A stretch of DNA of 64,000 nt from positions 40,047 to 104,046 of the forward strand of contig JAQUSB010000001.1 of assembly GCA_028715345.1 (NCBI GenBank). The letters run 5' to 3'. A program made the position numbers and the translations under genes. Below, piece by piece: positions 26,617 to 35,974 of the stretch; the first letter of the stretch is position 1, and the number at the start of each line of letters is the position of its first letter. This DNA is from Candidatus Omnitrophota bacterium. GTDB lineage: Bacteria > Omnitrophota > Gorgyraeia > 2-01-FULL-45-10. The notes under the pieces were generated by a model, which was given only the letters and a program-made list of their open reading frames with translations, was not told the origin of the DNA and searched no databases.

Positions 26617-27030
26617 TTATATCCCCTTACCGGTGCTTGACATACTTAGCGTGGCGTGCTTTACGCCCTTAACAGCCCTAAGAGCTCCCTCGAGCTTATG
26701 CGCCTTTTCAGCCGACCCTTTTATCGCTACTATCTCAAGGCAATTATCATGATCCAGGTGAATATGCTGGGTCGACATAATGACCTTGCTGAAATCATGC
26801 TGGATATCCATAAGCTTATTCACCAGCTCCCGCTTGTGATGGTCGTAGATCATGGTGATCGCCCCCGCGATATCTTTGCTTTCCGTCCATTCTTTCTTTA
26901 CAAGCTCCCCGCGCACTAGATCGGAAAAAGCTTTGGAACGGTTCGTATAACCGCGAACCTTCATTAAGCTATCAAATTTAGCGAGTAGGTTTTTTTCGGT
27001 AGATATACCGAATCTCACAAGCTCCGTCAT
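26617..27030 (-). CDS. nikR: nickel-responsive transcriptional regulator NikR
   Basis: 137 aa with ribbon-helix-helix N-terminus (RFGISTEKNLLAKFD...GYTNRSKAFSDLVR). C-terminal metal-binding domain carries the HxxxH...H...C ligand pattern (STQHIHLDHDNCLEI). Confidence 0.85.
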   Translation of the reverse strand: MTELVRFGISTEKNLLAKFDSLMKVRGYTNRSKAFSDLVRGELVKKEWTESKDIAGAITMIYDHHKRELVNKLMDIQHDFSKVIMSTQHIHLDHDNCLEIVAIKGSAEKAHKLEGALRAVKGVKHATLSMSSTGKGI

Positions 27031-27166
27031 CTCTTATCCTTTCCAATGCTACATTTATAAATATAGTAACACGAAAAATAATTAAGTCAAGATATTTTTG
27101 ATCGATCCTTTATTTTGCCAGGAAAACGAATGCCGCGCAGGATATGGCCGACATTACCGCGCCGTA

Positions 27167-27391
27167 TTAGAACGGCGCCGGGATCCCGATATACGTCCAG
27201 AGCAGTCCCGCGATGAGGCTGGGAAAGAACGCAAATATGCCCAGGACAAAATGGTAAAGTCCCATAGCGGTCCCCACATATTCGGCCGGGACCATATCCG
27301 ATACAAGGGCCTTCCCCACCCCGTCGGTCATCGCTATATGGAAACCGTATTTGCGTATGCCTTTAAACGGCCGCGGGACGGCCTTAAACAT
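27167..27391 (-). pseudogene. 74-codon remnant matching the C-terminal two helices of an MFS transporter
   Basis: ORF MFKAVPRPFKGIRKYGFHIAMTDGVGKALVSDMVPAEYVGTAMGLYHFVLGIFAFFPSLIAGLLW... begins 3 nt after the upstream gene stop. No room remains for the other ~10 helices. Confidence 0.3.
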
Positions 27392-27393
27392 AA

Positions 27394-28407
27394 CTATTGC
27401 GAATTTTTGTAGTAATTTGAGCGGACGTCATATTCATCCTCGATCTCGCCCACTATCTCTTCCAGCAGGTCTTCGAGGGTGATAATACCCACAAGCTTAC
27501 CTCTGGCGTCCGTCACTACACCCAGATGCGCGTGCCCTTTCTGGAATTCCTTCAGCAGCTCGGAAACTTTCTTCGTTTCGGTAAATACCGCCGCAGGATA
27601 TACTATATCCTGCAGAACAACGAGGTTCCTGTTTATGGAAAGGCTCAGCAGGTCTTTCATGTTTATGAGGCCTATTATGTTGTCGGGGTTATCCTTATAT
27701 ACGGGAAGGCGCGAATAGCCCGACTCCAGGACTTTTTCCATGATGTCGTCGAAGGAGGAATTTATATTTATCGATACGATATCTTTCTTCGGGGTCATGA
27801 CGTTCTTGACTATGGCATCGCTGAAATCGAAGACCTTGGAAAGCATCTTATATTTTTCCTTATCGAGGGCATCCTCTTCCGCGTTTATTTTTATAATAGC
27901 TTTTATTTCTTCATCTGTAACAAGAGCCGGTTTTACCGGCGCCTGAGCGCTGACAAGTTTCACTATAAAATTCGTTACATAAACAAGGCCTTTTACTATC
28001 GGGGTGAATATAACGATCATCACATAAACAGGCTTCGCGAGCATAACGGAGAACTTCTCCGAGTGCGTTGCGGCGAGGGTCTTGGCCACGACTTCGATTA
28101 TGATTATTATAAGCGAAGCCAGTATGGTGGCAAGCAATACGCCCTGGTCGTTACCGACGGCCGTGATCATGATAACCGTCAGCATGGCGGCGATCAATGT
28201 GTTGACTATATTGTTAACGACCAGTATCGTGCTGAAAAATTTCTCCGGCGCGTCGCGCATGTTCAATACTCTGGCGGCGGCTTTGGATCCCGAGGAAACG
28301 GATTTGCGCAGTTTGATGCGCGAGGCCGCTATTATGGATATTTCCGACGCGGCTGTCAACGCCGTGATGCCCAACAGTATAATAATTATTGTTATTTGTA
28401 ACGTCAT
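27394..28407 (-). CDS. CNNM/HlyC-CorC-family membrane protein (DUF21 + CBS pair)
   Basis: 337 aa with an N-terminal four-TM DUF21 domain and a CBS pair (...GLINMKDLL...). The CorC_HlyC C-terminal domain appears absent. Confidence 0.7.
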   Translation of the reverse strand: MTLQITIIIILLGITALTAASEISIIAASRIKLRKSVSSGSKAAARVLNMRDAPEKFFSTILVVNNIVNTLIAAMLTVIMITAVGNDQGVLLATILASLIIIIIEVVAKTLAATHSEKFSVMLAKPVYVMIVIFTPIVKGLVYVTNFIVKLVSAQAPVKPALVTDEEIKAIIKINAEEDALDKEKYKMLSKVFDFSDAIVKNVMTPKKDIVSININSSFDDIMEKVLESGYSRLPVYKDNPDNIIGLINMKDLLSLSINRNLVVLQDIVYPAAVFTETKKVSELLKEFQKGHAHLGVVTDARGKLVGIITLEDLLEEIVGEIEDEYDVRSNYYKNSQ

Positions 28408-28419
28408 GGTTACGCTGCC

Positions 28420-29016
28420 TTAAACTTTTTGTCCGGCGAAAGACGCTATGGTCTCCAGCACACCTTTTCGTATCATCATTACCGCGATCGCCGCAAGGAG
28501 CAGGTTGGCTATCTTGGAAAAAGCCTTCGATCCGGCCTTGCCTAAAAAGTTGGATATGGCGGCGGCATAATAGAACGTGACCCAGACTATAAGAAGGTTT
28601 ATGACGAATGAGGATACGGTAAGAACCAAACCGTGCGTATCAAGAAGTATCACTATTGTTGTAAGGACAGCCGGCCCGGTGATGAGAGGCGTCCCTATGG
28701 GCACCGCTCCAAGCGTTTCCGGGGACAGTTTATGGCCTTTCTCATACTGCAAGAGGTCCCTCAAAGACAACGCCAGAAGGACCAGGCCGCCCGCTATCTT
28801 GAAATCTGACACCAACACTCCGAGGATACTGAATATCCATGTTCCTAAGAACAGGAACACGATACCTACGATAAACGCCGTTATTATCGATTGGGCAAGG
28901 ATCCTGCGCCGCTCGCTCTTTTTAAGGTGCTCCGTAAAGCCTATGAACATCGGCAGGACGCCTATAGCGTCCATCGCGACAAATATCGGAATAAAAGATA
29001 AAAGGAATCCTTTCAT
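28420..29016 (-). CDS. MarC/UPF0056 family membrane protein
   Basis: ATG at 29016 (MKGFLLSFIPIFVAMDAIGVLPMF...). MarC DxxGxxP motif and six TM helices. Confidence 0.65.
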   Translation of the reverse strand: MKGFLLSFIPIFVAMDAIGVLPMFIGFTEHLKKSERRRILAQSIITAFIVGIVFLFLGTWIFSILGVLVSDFKIAGGLVLLALSLRDLLQYEKGHKLSPETLGAVPIGTPLITGPAVLTTIVILLDTHGLVLTVSSFVINLLIVWVTFYYAAAISNFLGKAGSKAFSKIANLLLAAIAVMMIRKGVLETIASFAGQKV

Positions 29017-29123
29017 ACGCCCCCTCAAAAAAAGTTCGTTAGCCCATAGCAAAAAAGGCAGGGTTACGGTTATCGTCTAACCCATTACCCTGCCTATTGC
29101 TATAAAATTTTTGGCTTCCTGTA

Positions 29124-29309
29124 CTATCTTGACAATTTACCCTTAACGATTCTTTCCGCCTCAAGCCAATCGTCTATCGAGTGTCCGGCTTTCCGGCCCC
29201 TCTTCTCATAAAGCTCATAGGCTTTCTTCTCGATCAGCTTATTGACATCCTCTTTTGTCATCGTTGGGTTCGAGGATTTACCCAATTTAAATGCCGCAGG
29301 TCTTGCCAT
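29124..29309 (-). CDS. DUF2934-like small protein
   Basis: 61 aa with AYELYEKRG...DDWLEAE motif. Confidence 0.5.
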   Translation of the reverse strand: MARPAAFKLGKSSNPTMTKEDVNKLIEKKAYELYEKRGRKAGHSIDDWLEAERIVKGKLSR

Positions 29310-29361
29310 GTGACACCTCCTCTTTTTGAAACGTGTATTTTATTATACGCGTTAGGAATTT

Positions 29362-30996
29362 TTATGCAATAGAAATCTTCAAAAAATCGGGAACGGGCTT
29401 TTTCAGTATCTTATATACATTCCGCAGGTGCGTCAGGTAGAGCTTATCGAACGGGTTGTCGCCCCCTTTATGCGCCTTACCCTGATACCACCAGTTCCAG
29501 TCGCTTCCTTCGGCTATATACAATTCCCGCCACGCTTCTTTCGGCTGGCCGGATCCTTTCGTGAATTTAACGAGGTCTTTCCTTACCTTGGATAGGTATT
29601 CCCACGAAACGTTATCCTGCTCCTGGCCTATCCATATCTCGAAATTATGATTTATCCAGGACCCGGGAAATATATTGGAAAGCGTTTTTCTCGGCGGGTC
29701 GAACGAGAGGTAATCGCTTATAGTGGTGGAGCACACGTTTTCGTCTTTATCCATATTCGAGTAAAGCGTTTCGAAGAACTTTCTGCCGTTATCTTCATAG
29801 TATTCCCAGGCATTTTCGCCGTCCATCGCTATCGTGAGCAGCCCCTCGTCGGTATCACGCCTTAGATTTTGCGCCGTCGTCCTGAAATGGCCTATCAGGT
29901 CATGCGCCGCGTCATAAGGGTTCCATGAATTGTAACTGAAACTTATCATATCCGAGAGGTTCTTATCCCTGAAGATCATCGCCAGGCTGCCGTTATCCTT
30001 CTTTATTTTATACGGGCGATATATGATGCGCCTGTCGAAATATTCCATCCCTTTGTATTTCCGGTCGTAAAGCGACAGGGTGCGGAACAATATATCCTCA
30101 TCCGTGGCCACCCATTTTATGCCTTTGGAAATTATCGTCTCTATGGCCTTGTCCGATACACTGCCTTCGGACGGCCACATGCCGCGCGGCGCACTGCCGA
30201 ATTGCCCGGTGTGGTATTTCACGGCTTCGGCTATCTGCCAGGCCGCGTCTTCCGGATGCGAAAACTTTCTCGGCAGCTCCATGCCGGGCGAGGACACATT
30301 GGCGACGGACGTGTCGCATAATAGCGGTAGTATCGGATGGTAAAAAGGCGTCGTCGTTATCTCGATCTTACCTTCATCGCTCATTTTTTTATACAAAGGT
30401 ATGATCTGCCCCATCACCTGCCTATGCTTATTTATTACATATTCCTTATCGGCCTCGGTATAGTCCTCTTTCTTCTCGACGAGCTTTTGCAGGTTTGTGT
30501 CGCTTTCGATGCTGATGGAATGGAACCATGCCATATTGAATAAGACCTGCAGATCGAGAAAATCCCGGTCCGAAAAAGACATTACGACCTTTTTAAGGGC
30601 TGCGCCCGACAGCGGCCTGACGCCTTTTTTTATCAGGAGCTCGGCATACCTTGCGTTGGGCTCGATGAACCGCCTGAAATTTACGTGGAAAAAATTATTG
30701 AGGATAAAAACTTTGTCCTGGAAAGAAAGCGCGCTCGCTTTCTTCACCGTCATGTCCAGATAGGTATCGCTCGCGTTATTATGGACGTAATCGTTTATCT
30801 GCTCGATGAGCGAAGGGACGAGGTTAAATGTGACCTTGACGTCGAATTTGTCGACGAGCGCGGCCATGGGGAAATAATCTTTCACGCCGCGCAGGCGGAC
30901 CCAGGGCATCATATATTCGCCCGAAAGAGGGTCTTTGTAGAACGGCTGGTGCATGTGCCACAGAAAGGCAATGCCTAAAGTTTTTTTAGGGTCCAT
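29362..30996 (-). CDS. glycoside hydrolase family 57 protein (alpha-amylase / 4-alpha-glucanotransferase type)
   Basis: 544 aa with N-terminal GIAFLWHMHQPFY, the GH57 signature, and a typical GH57 catalytic core. Confidence 0.75.
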   Translation of the reverse strand: MDPKKTLGIAFLWHMHQPFYKDPLSGEYMMPWVRLRGVKDYFPMAALVDKFDVKVTFNLVPSLIEQINDYVHNNASDTYLDMTVKKASALSFQDKVFILNNFFHVNFRRFIEPNARYAELLIKKGVRPLSGAALKKVVMSFSDRDFLDLQVLFNMAWFHSISIESDTNLQKLVEKKEDYTEADKEYVINKHRQVMGQIIPLYKKMSDEGKIEITTTPFYHPILPLLCDTSVANVSSPGMELPRKFSHPEDAAWQIAEAVKYHTGQFGSAPRGMWPSEGSVSDKAIETIISKGIKWVATDEDILFRTLSLYDRKYKGMEYFDRRIIYRPYKIKKDNGSLAMIFRDKNLSDMISFSYNSWNPYDAAHDLIGHFRTTAQNLRRDTDEGLLTIAMDGENAWEYYEDNGRKFFETLYSNMDKDENVCSTTISDYLSFDPPRKTLSNIFPGSWINHNFEIWIGQEQDNVSWEYLSKVRKDLVKFTKGSGQPKEAWRELYIAEGSDWNWWYQGKAHKGGDNPFDKLYLTHLRNVYKILKKPVPDFLKISIA

Positions 30997-31005
30997 AGCG
31001 TCAGG

Positions 31006-32595
31006 TTAAATGCCGTAAATGGAATAGTCTATGTCGGGGAACAGGTTAAATTTATCTTCAAGCTTCTTTATATACTGCTCGTCCAGTTCGTTACTTTTTA
31101 CCTCTTCGTAAAGTTCGTTAAAATTCTCGGCATGCTGGCGCAGGCGCTCCACCGCGTAAGGGACGTGCGACCCGGTCTTCATTATGAAAGCCCAATCGCT
31201 CGATTGCGCGAGCAAAAGCTCCCTGGCCATCTGGTTCAGGGCGCGGCGCATCGATCCTTTGGCATTTTTATGTTCCTTGGCAACCTCGACCATGCGTTCG
31301 GCCATCTTATGCGTATGACGGTATATCCAGTCGTTAGACCCTTCCAGCCATACTTCGCTGTAGCCTTTCCAACCCCAGCTCGACGCAGCGGGCGAAAGGA
31401 CCTGGTATTTCTTATAGAGTTTCAGATATTCGCCCGGGGTGGTCATGGCTATCGTCTTCTGGTCGTACCTTATCTTTCTTATCAGGAAATCGAGCCATTG
31501 CGGGCCTTCATACCACCAGTGGCCGTATAATTCCGCGTCATAAGGCGCCACTATTATCGGCGCGCGGCCCGGCATCTGTCCGGCAAGGTGCTCTATCTGT
31601 TTTTCCCTGTTGAACATGAAATTACCCGCCTGGTCGGCCGCCCTGTTACGCGCCGCCTCAGGCACATAAGGCTCTTTATAACTGGTGGTGCCGGTGATCT
31701 TATAATATTTTATGCCGGTATTTATCCTGACACCGTCGGCGTTTATGTAAGGTTTTATGTAATCGTAATCGAGATCGAAGCCTATGTCCCTGTAAAATTC
31801 CCTGTAGTTGTAATCTCCCGGGTAGCCCTCCACCGCGCTCCAGACAGCTTTGGAAGATTCCGTGTCGCGGCCGTAAGCAGCCACTCCGCTCCTGGTAAGA
31901 TACGGGCTGAATACTCCGAACCTCGGCCTGGGGGAGCCGAAAAGTATGCCGTGCGTATCGACGAAGAAATATTTTATCCCCTCTTTCTTCAGCGCTTCCT
32001 CGTCGCCGGGTTTGTACCCGCATTCGGGCAGCCACATACCGAGAGGCCTCTTACCGAACAGCTTCTCGTACATATCCGCGGCCACTTTAACCTGCGCCCG
32101 CACCGAAGTTTCCCTTTCGACTTCCATAAGAGGCAGGTACCCGTGAGTGGCGCAGCAGGTGATGACCTCGAGATTACCGAGGTCCTGGAAGCGCTTGAAA
32201 GCGTTTATAAGGTTCGATTTGTATTCGTCCGCGAATATGCGCTTGGCTTCTATGAAGGTGGAATGGTACATATGGGCGAGGTTATTGAATTGCCCCTGCC
32301 ACTTCGTGCGATCTATCTCTTTTTCGGAAAGCTCGATCAATTTATTGATATGTTTGATATATTTAGACTGCAGGTGCGGATCTATGAGCATCGACATTAA
32401 AGTCGGAGAGAGCGATATGGTGAGCTTGTAATCGACCCCGTCCCTGGCAAGGCCGTCCATCACTTTTATGAGCGGTATGTAAGTTTCCGTGATCGCCTCG
32501 AAAAGCCAGTCTTCCTCGAGGAAATCATCGAACTCGGGGTGGCGTATAAACGGCAGATGCGCGTGAAGGACTATCGCAAGATAACCTTTTGGCAT
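31006..32595 (-). CDS. GH57-family 1,4-alpha-glucan branching enzyme-like protein
   Basis: 529 aa with N-terminal GYLAIVLHAHLPFIRHPE, the GH57 HxHxP motif. Length and architecture match GH57 branching enzymes. Confidence 0.7.
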   Translation of the reverse strand: MPKGYLAIVLHAHLPFIRHPEFDDFLEEDWLFEAITETYIPLIKVMDGLARDGVDYKLTISLSPTLMSMLIDPHLQSKYIKHINKLIELSEKEIDRTKWQGQFNNLAHMYHSTFIEAKRIFADEYKSNLINAFKRFQDLGNLEVITCCATHGYLPLMEVERETSVRAQVKVAADMYEKLFGKRPLGMWLPECGYKPGDEEALKKEGIKYFFVDTHGILFGSPRPRFGVFSPYLTRSGVAAYGRDTESSKAVWSAVEGYPGDYNYREFYRDIGFDLDYDYIKPYINADGVRINTGIKYYKITGTTSYKEPYVPEAARNRAADQAGNFMFNREKQIEHLAGQMPGRAPIIVAPYDAELYGHWWYEGPQWLDFLIRKIRYDQKTIAMTTPGEYLKLYKKYQVLSPAASSWGWKGYSEVWLEGSNDWIYRHTHKMAERMVEVAKEHKNAKGSMRRALNQMARELLLAQSSDWAFIMKTGSHVPYAVERLRQHAENFNELYEEVKSNELDEQYIKKLEDKFNLFPDIDYSIYGI

Positions 32596-32600
32596 AATGA

Positions 32601-33431
32601 CTATTCTGTCTTTCTTGTAACTATAGGGGTTATGCGGCGGAGGTCAATTCCGTCCTTTGAAACAGCTTCGACAGGGATCTCTTGTTTTCCGTCCGGGAGC
32701 GCAAACCTTAAAGTGAACGTTCCGTCTTCTCTTAATTTTACGTTCTTACCCTGCACGGTCAGCTTAGCGTCTGGCTCGGTAGCCCCGTACACTATCAATT
32801 CGCAATTCACCACCAGCCAGAATTTACGTTCGGAAGGTTTCCTGTAGAAAGAAGCGCCGCTCGATATGCCGCCCGAGGTGACCTGCTCCTCGAGGCGCTT
32901 TTTGAACATCTCCCGCACTTCCAGGGAACCTTTGCCTACGCCCATCCCTCCCGAAAGCCCGAACATCTTCCAGAACATGTCTTCCGGGGCCATCCATTCG
33001 GCGTCCAGCTTGTCCGACATGCCGAACCGCGGCGTCCTGACCGCGTTAGAGCGGGCTAAAAGGTAAAAATTGCCCTTATCCGAAACTATACCTATATCGA
33101 CGACCCATGAACTGTCGGGCATGTTGACATTTATATACCAATTGCTCGCCAATCCTTTCAGGTCTATGTCAAAAAAAGAACGGGCATTGCGCCCGTTGAA
33201 ATTTATATCGGTGACATCATAAACCCTGAGAATGGATTTCGCGGGTTTCTCTCCCGCCCTCTCCATCTTCCGGACAATTTCTTCTTCTTTATCTTTCCTT
33301 GTCTCCCAATAAGCAAATAGCCACCACGGATCTCTCACAAGGAGGACAATCTTGTGGTCGCCGTAGCCCGAAGGAAACCTGAACTCTTTCCTCTCACGGA
33401 TCCTCAAAGGATTGGATGCGTCCTTCGCCAT
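32601..33431 (-). CDS. DUF4912-domain protein (commonly GH57-associated)
   Basis: 276 aa with LLVRDPWWLFAYWE motif characteristic of DUF4912. Sits immediately downstream of the two GH57 genes. Confidence 0.6.
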   Translation of the reverse strand: MAKDASNPLRIRERKEFRFPSGYGDHKIVLLVRDPWWLFAYWETRKDKEEEIVRKMERAGEKPAKSILRVYDVTDINFNGRNARSFFDIDLKGLASNWYINVNMPDSSWVVDIGIVSDKGNFYLLARSNAVRTPRFGMSDKLDAEWMAPEDMFWKMFGLSGGMGVGKGSLEVREMFKKRLEEQVTSGGISSGASFYRKPSERKFWLVVNCELIVYGATEPDAKLTVQGKNVKLREDGTFTLRFALPDGKQEIPVEAVSKDGIDLRRITPIVTRKTE

Positions 33432-33444
33432 TATGAACCACCCC

Positions 33445-33876
33445 CTATTGATTAGGTGTTCCCTGCGCGCTCTCTTCCGTTTTGGCCGGCATCTCTACGA
33501 CCGGAGCCTCTTCCTCTTTTTCTACTATGATGGATTTCGCGATATTTTTACCGCCTGCCGCCGTATAAATAACGTCGGCCCAGTTGCCCTGCCTGATATC
33601 CGCTAAGGTGGCCGCGTTTTCCATCTTCGTGGTATTGTCCATCATGATGGTTATGGACTTTTCTTCGTCGCTATCGTAATCGTAATACTGGATGGTCATG
33701 GAATTCGCTGCAGCATCTACGGCCTTTATTTCACCGTAAATGGATACCTCCTGAGGCTGGACTACGGCTTCCTGAGGCTGCTCCTGGACCGCAGGAGCTT
33801 GATTATCCTGGCATTGCCCAATACCCGCAAATAGGCCAAGAAAAATTATCGCTAAAAGATATCGTTTCATACGCAC
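33445..33876 (-). CDS. hypothetical secreted protein
   Basis: 143 aa with a signal peptide and a Gln/Glu-rich linker. Confidence 0.4.
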   Translation of the reverse strand: MRMKRYLLAIIFLGLFAGIGQCQDNQAPAVQEQPQEAVVQPQEVSIYGEIKAVDAAANSMTIQYYDYDSDEEKSITIMMDNTTKMENAATLADIRQGNWADVIYTAAGGKNIAKSIIVEKEEEAPVVEMPAKTEESAQGTPNQ

Positions 33877-33883
33877 TCCTTTC

Positions 33884-34234
33884 CTATGCTTTAGGCAGTT
33901 TATCCTGCAGTTCTTTATTTTCGGCCTGCAGTTTATCGTAAGCGGCTTTCAGGGCTATCTTCTCGTCGAGTATCTTATCGTACTCGCCCTTAAGCGCGGC
34001 TTTTTCGTTCGTGAGAGTTTCGACCATGGTCGCAAGTTCCATCTTTTCAGTGAGAAGATTATCGTATTCTTTTTTAAGTGCGTCCTTTGAGGTCGTAAGC
34101 ACGGTGACTTTCTCTTCGAGGGTGATCTTCTCGTTCAGCAACGCTTCGTATTTGTCCTTCGGTACGCCGCAGCCGGTTAAAGAAACCAGGGAAATGAAGG
34201 CCACAAGTAACAGGGGCAACTTCGCATACTTCAT
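33884..34234 (-). CDS. coiled-coil lipoprotein with tandem KxxYDxLxxEKxxL repeats
   Basis: ATG at 34234 behind SD AGGAGG, with lipobox LTGC. Four repeats follow: ~11 residues, e.g. EYDNLLTEKMELA, EYDKILDEKIALK, AYDKLQAENKELQ. Confidence 0.5.
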   Translation of the reverse strand: MKYAKLPLLLVAFISLVSLTGCGVPKDKYEALLNEKITLEEKVTVLTTSKDALKKEYDNLLTEKMELATMVETLTNEKAALKGEYDKILDEKIALKAAYDKLQAENKELQDKLPKA

Positions 34235-34253
34235 TAAGGTATTCCTCCTAAAA

Positions 34254-34706
34254 TTATTGTTGAACCAGGTATTTTTCCAGCTCGGCCCAGGTAATCGGCC
34301 CGACTTTGCCGTCGACTTTAAGCCCGTTGGCTCTCTGGAACTCTTCGATGGCACTCTTCGTCTTCGGCCCTAATTTGCCGTCTATGGAAGCGGTGTAAAA
34401 TCCTGCATTCTTCAGCGCTCTCTGGATGTCTTTGACCCTCGCGTCACCGGCCTGCACAATTGCCTGCGTCTGGGCGGGCTGTTCTGCCAGCTGAGGCGCG
34501 GCTGAAGGCGGTATCGTCTCCGTAGCTACGAGCTGAGACGGCTCCTGAATAGCAAGTGTATCGGCTGCCGGCGCCATAGTGTCCATCGGCATCGCCGCGC
34601 TCGTTTCCGGGGTTTCCGGCTTATCCGCCTTTGCTTTGCAGCCGAAAATCGCAAGCGGCACAACGACCATTGCTACTAAAATTATCACTAAAAATCTCTT
34701 ATTCAT
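34254..34706 (-). CDS. lipoprotein with C-terminal peptidoglycan-binding (PG_binding_1-like) domain
   Basis: 150 aa with lipobox IFGC. C-terminus reads IQRALKNAGFYTASIDGKLGPKTKSAIEEFQRANGLKVDGKVGPITW. Confidence 0.6.
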   Translation of the reverse strand: MNKRFLVIILVAMVVVPLAIFGCKAKADKPETPETSAAMPMDTMAPAADTLAIQEPSQLVATETIPPSAAPQLAEQPAQTQAIVQAGDARVKDIQRALKNAGFYTASIDGKLGPKTKSAIEEFQRANGLKVDGKVGPITWAELEKYLVQQ

Positions 34707-34788
34707 CTAATCCCCCTTTCTAAATTTTGGAAGATGAATTATTATTCCATATAATCATATTAAAATTATACCGCCCGCTATAACTTTG

Positions 34789-35946
34789 TCAAGTTATATA
34801 TGATTTAAGGAAGCGCTCCATCCTTACCATGGCTTCCTTTAATTTATCGAAACCTGTCGCGTAGGATATCCTCACATAACCTTCGCCCGAAGCGCCGAAA
34901 GCCGTGCCGGGGACAACCGCCACTTTTTCCTGTTTCAGCAGGCGGCTGGAAAATTCCAGGGAAGAAAGCCCCGTCTTTTTTATGGAAGGGAACGCATAGA
35001 AAGCCCCTTCCGGCTTGTGGCAGCAAAGCCCTATCTCGTTAAGACGGGAAATGACAAACTCGCGCCGCCTTTTGTATTCGCGTTTCATCTCGGCGACCGA
35101 CCTCTCCCCGTTCTTGAGCGCTTCTATCGCGGCCATCTGCGAAGTTATCGGCACGCACATCATCGTATACTGGTGGACCTTCGTCATGGCGGCAATGACA
35201 TCTTTGGGGCCGCACGCATATCCTATCCTCCAGCCCGTCATGGCGAAAGCTTTGGAAAAACCGTTCAAATATATAGTCCTCTGCTTCATGCCCGGCAGCG
35301 TCGGAAAAGGCGTGTGGTCAAAATCATAAGTGAGGTCGCAGTATATTTCATCCGAGACCATGGTTAAATTTTTCTTGGCGACGACGGCCGCTATCGCTTT
35401 CAGTTCTTTTTTGGAATAGGAATTCCCCGTCGGGTTATTTGGATAGTTCAAAACTATGGCCTTCGTCTTTTTATCGCAGGCGCCGATTATGCCCCCGGGA
35501 GTTATCTTAAAACCGTTCTGCGGTTCCGTCTTTACGGGGACCGGCCTGCCGCCGCATATAGTAGCCACAGGCCCGTATGAAACATAAGTGGGTTCCTGTA
35601 TCAACACTTTATCGCCGCGGTCGGTTATCGCCCTTATGGCAAGGTCAAACCCTTCGCTCACCCCGACCGTCACGAGTATCTCTTCTTCCGGGTCGTAATC
35701 CATCCCGTATTTATTTTTCAGGTAACGGGATATCTCCCGCCTCAGCTCTATCATACCTTTATTGGAAGTGTAGGACGTGTATCCTTCCTCGAGCGAGAAT
35801 ATCGCTTTTTCCCTGATATTCCAGGGCGTGACGAAATCCGGCTCTCCGACGCCCAGGGATATCACGTCCTTCATCCCCAGGACAAGCTCGAAGAATACTC
35901 GTATCCCCGACGGCGGGATATCCTGCACAAGTTTGGATATCTTCAT
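34789..35946 (-). CDS. PLP-dependent class I/II aminotransferase (AspC-like)
   Basis: 385 aa with LNYPNNPTG and GFSKAFAMTGWRIGY (PLP lysine) motifs. Confidence 0.8.
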   Translation of the reverse strand: MKISKLVQDIPPSGIRVFFELVLGMKDVISLGVGEPDFVTPWNIREKAIFSLEEGYTSYTSNKGMIELRREISRYLKNKYGMDYDPEEEILVTVGVSEGFDLAIRAITDRGDKVLIQEPTYVSYGPVATICGGRPVPVKTEPQNGFKITPGGIIGACDKKTKAIVLNYPNNPTGNSYSKKELKAIAAVVAKKNLTMVSDEIYCDLTYDFDHTPFPTLPGMKQRTIYLNGFSKAFAMTGWRIGYACGPKDVIAAMTKVHQYTMMCVPITSQMAAIEALKNGERSVAEMKREYKRRREFVISRLNEIGLCCHKPEGAFYAFPSIKKTGLSSLEFSSRLLKQEKVAVVPGTAFGASGEGYVRISYATGFDKLKEAMVRMERFLKSYIT

Positions 35947-35974
35947 AAATTCGGCTTTCGCGCTATTCCTTTTT

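Noticed and set aside
27526-28401. 291-aa plus-strand ORF rich in Tyr/His/Arg
   Set aside because: Antisense to the CNNM/CBS gene. Low-complexity, no motifs.
31588-32400. 270-aa plus-strand ORF
   Set aside because: Antisense to the GH57 branching-enzyme-like gene.
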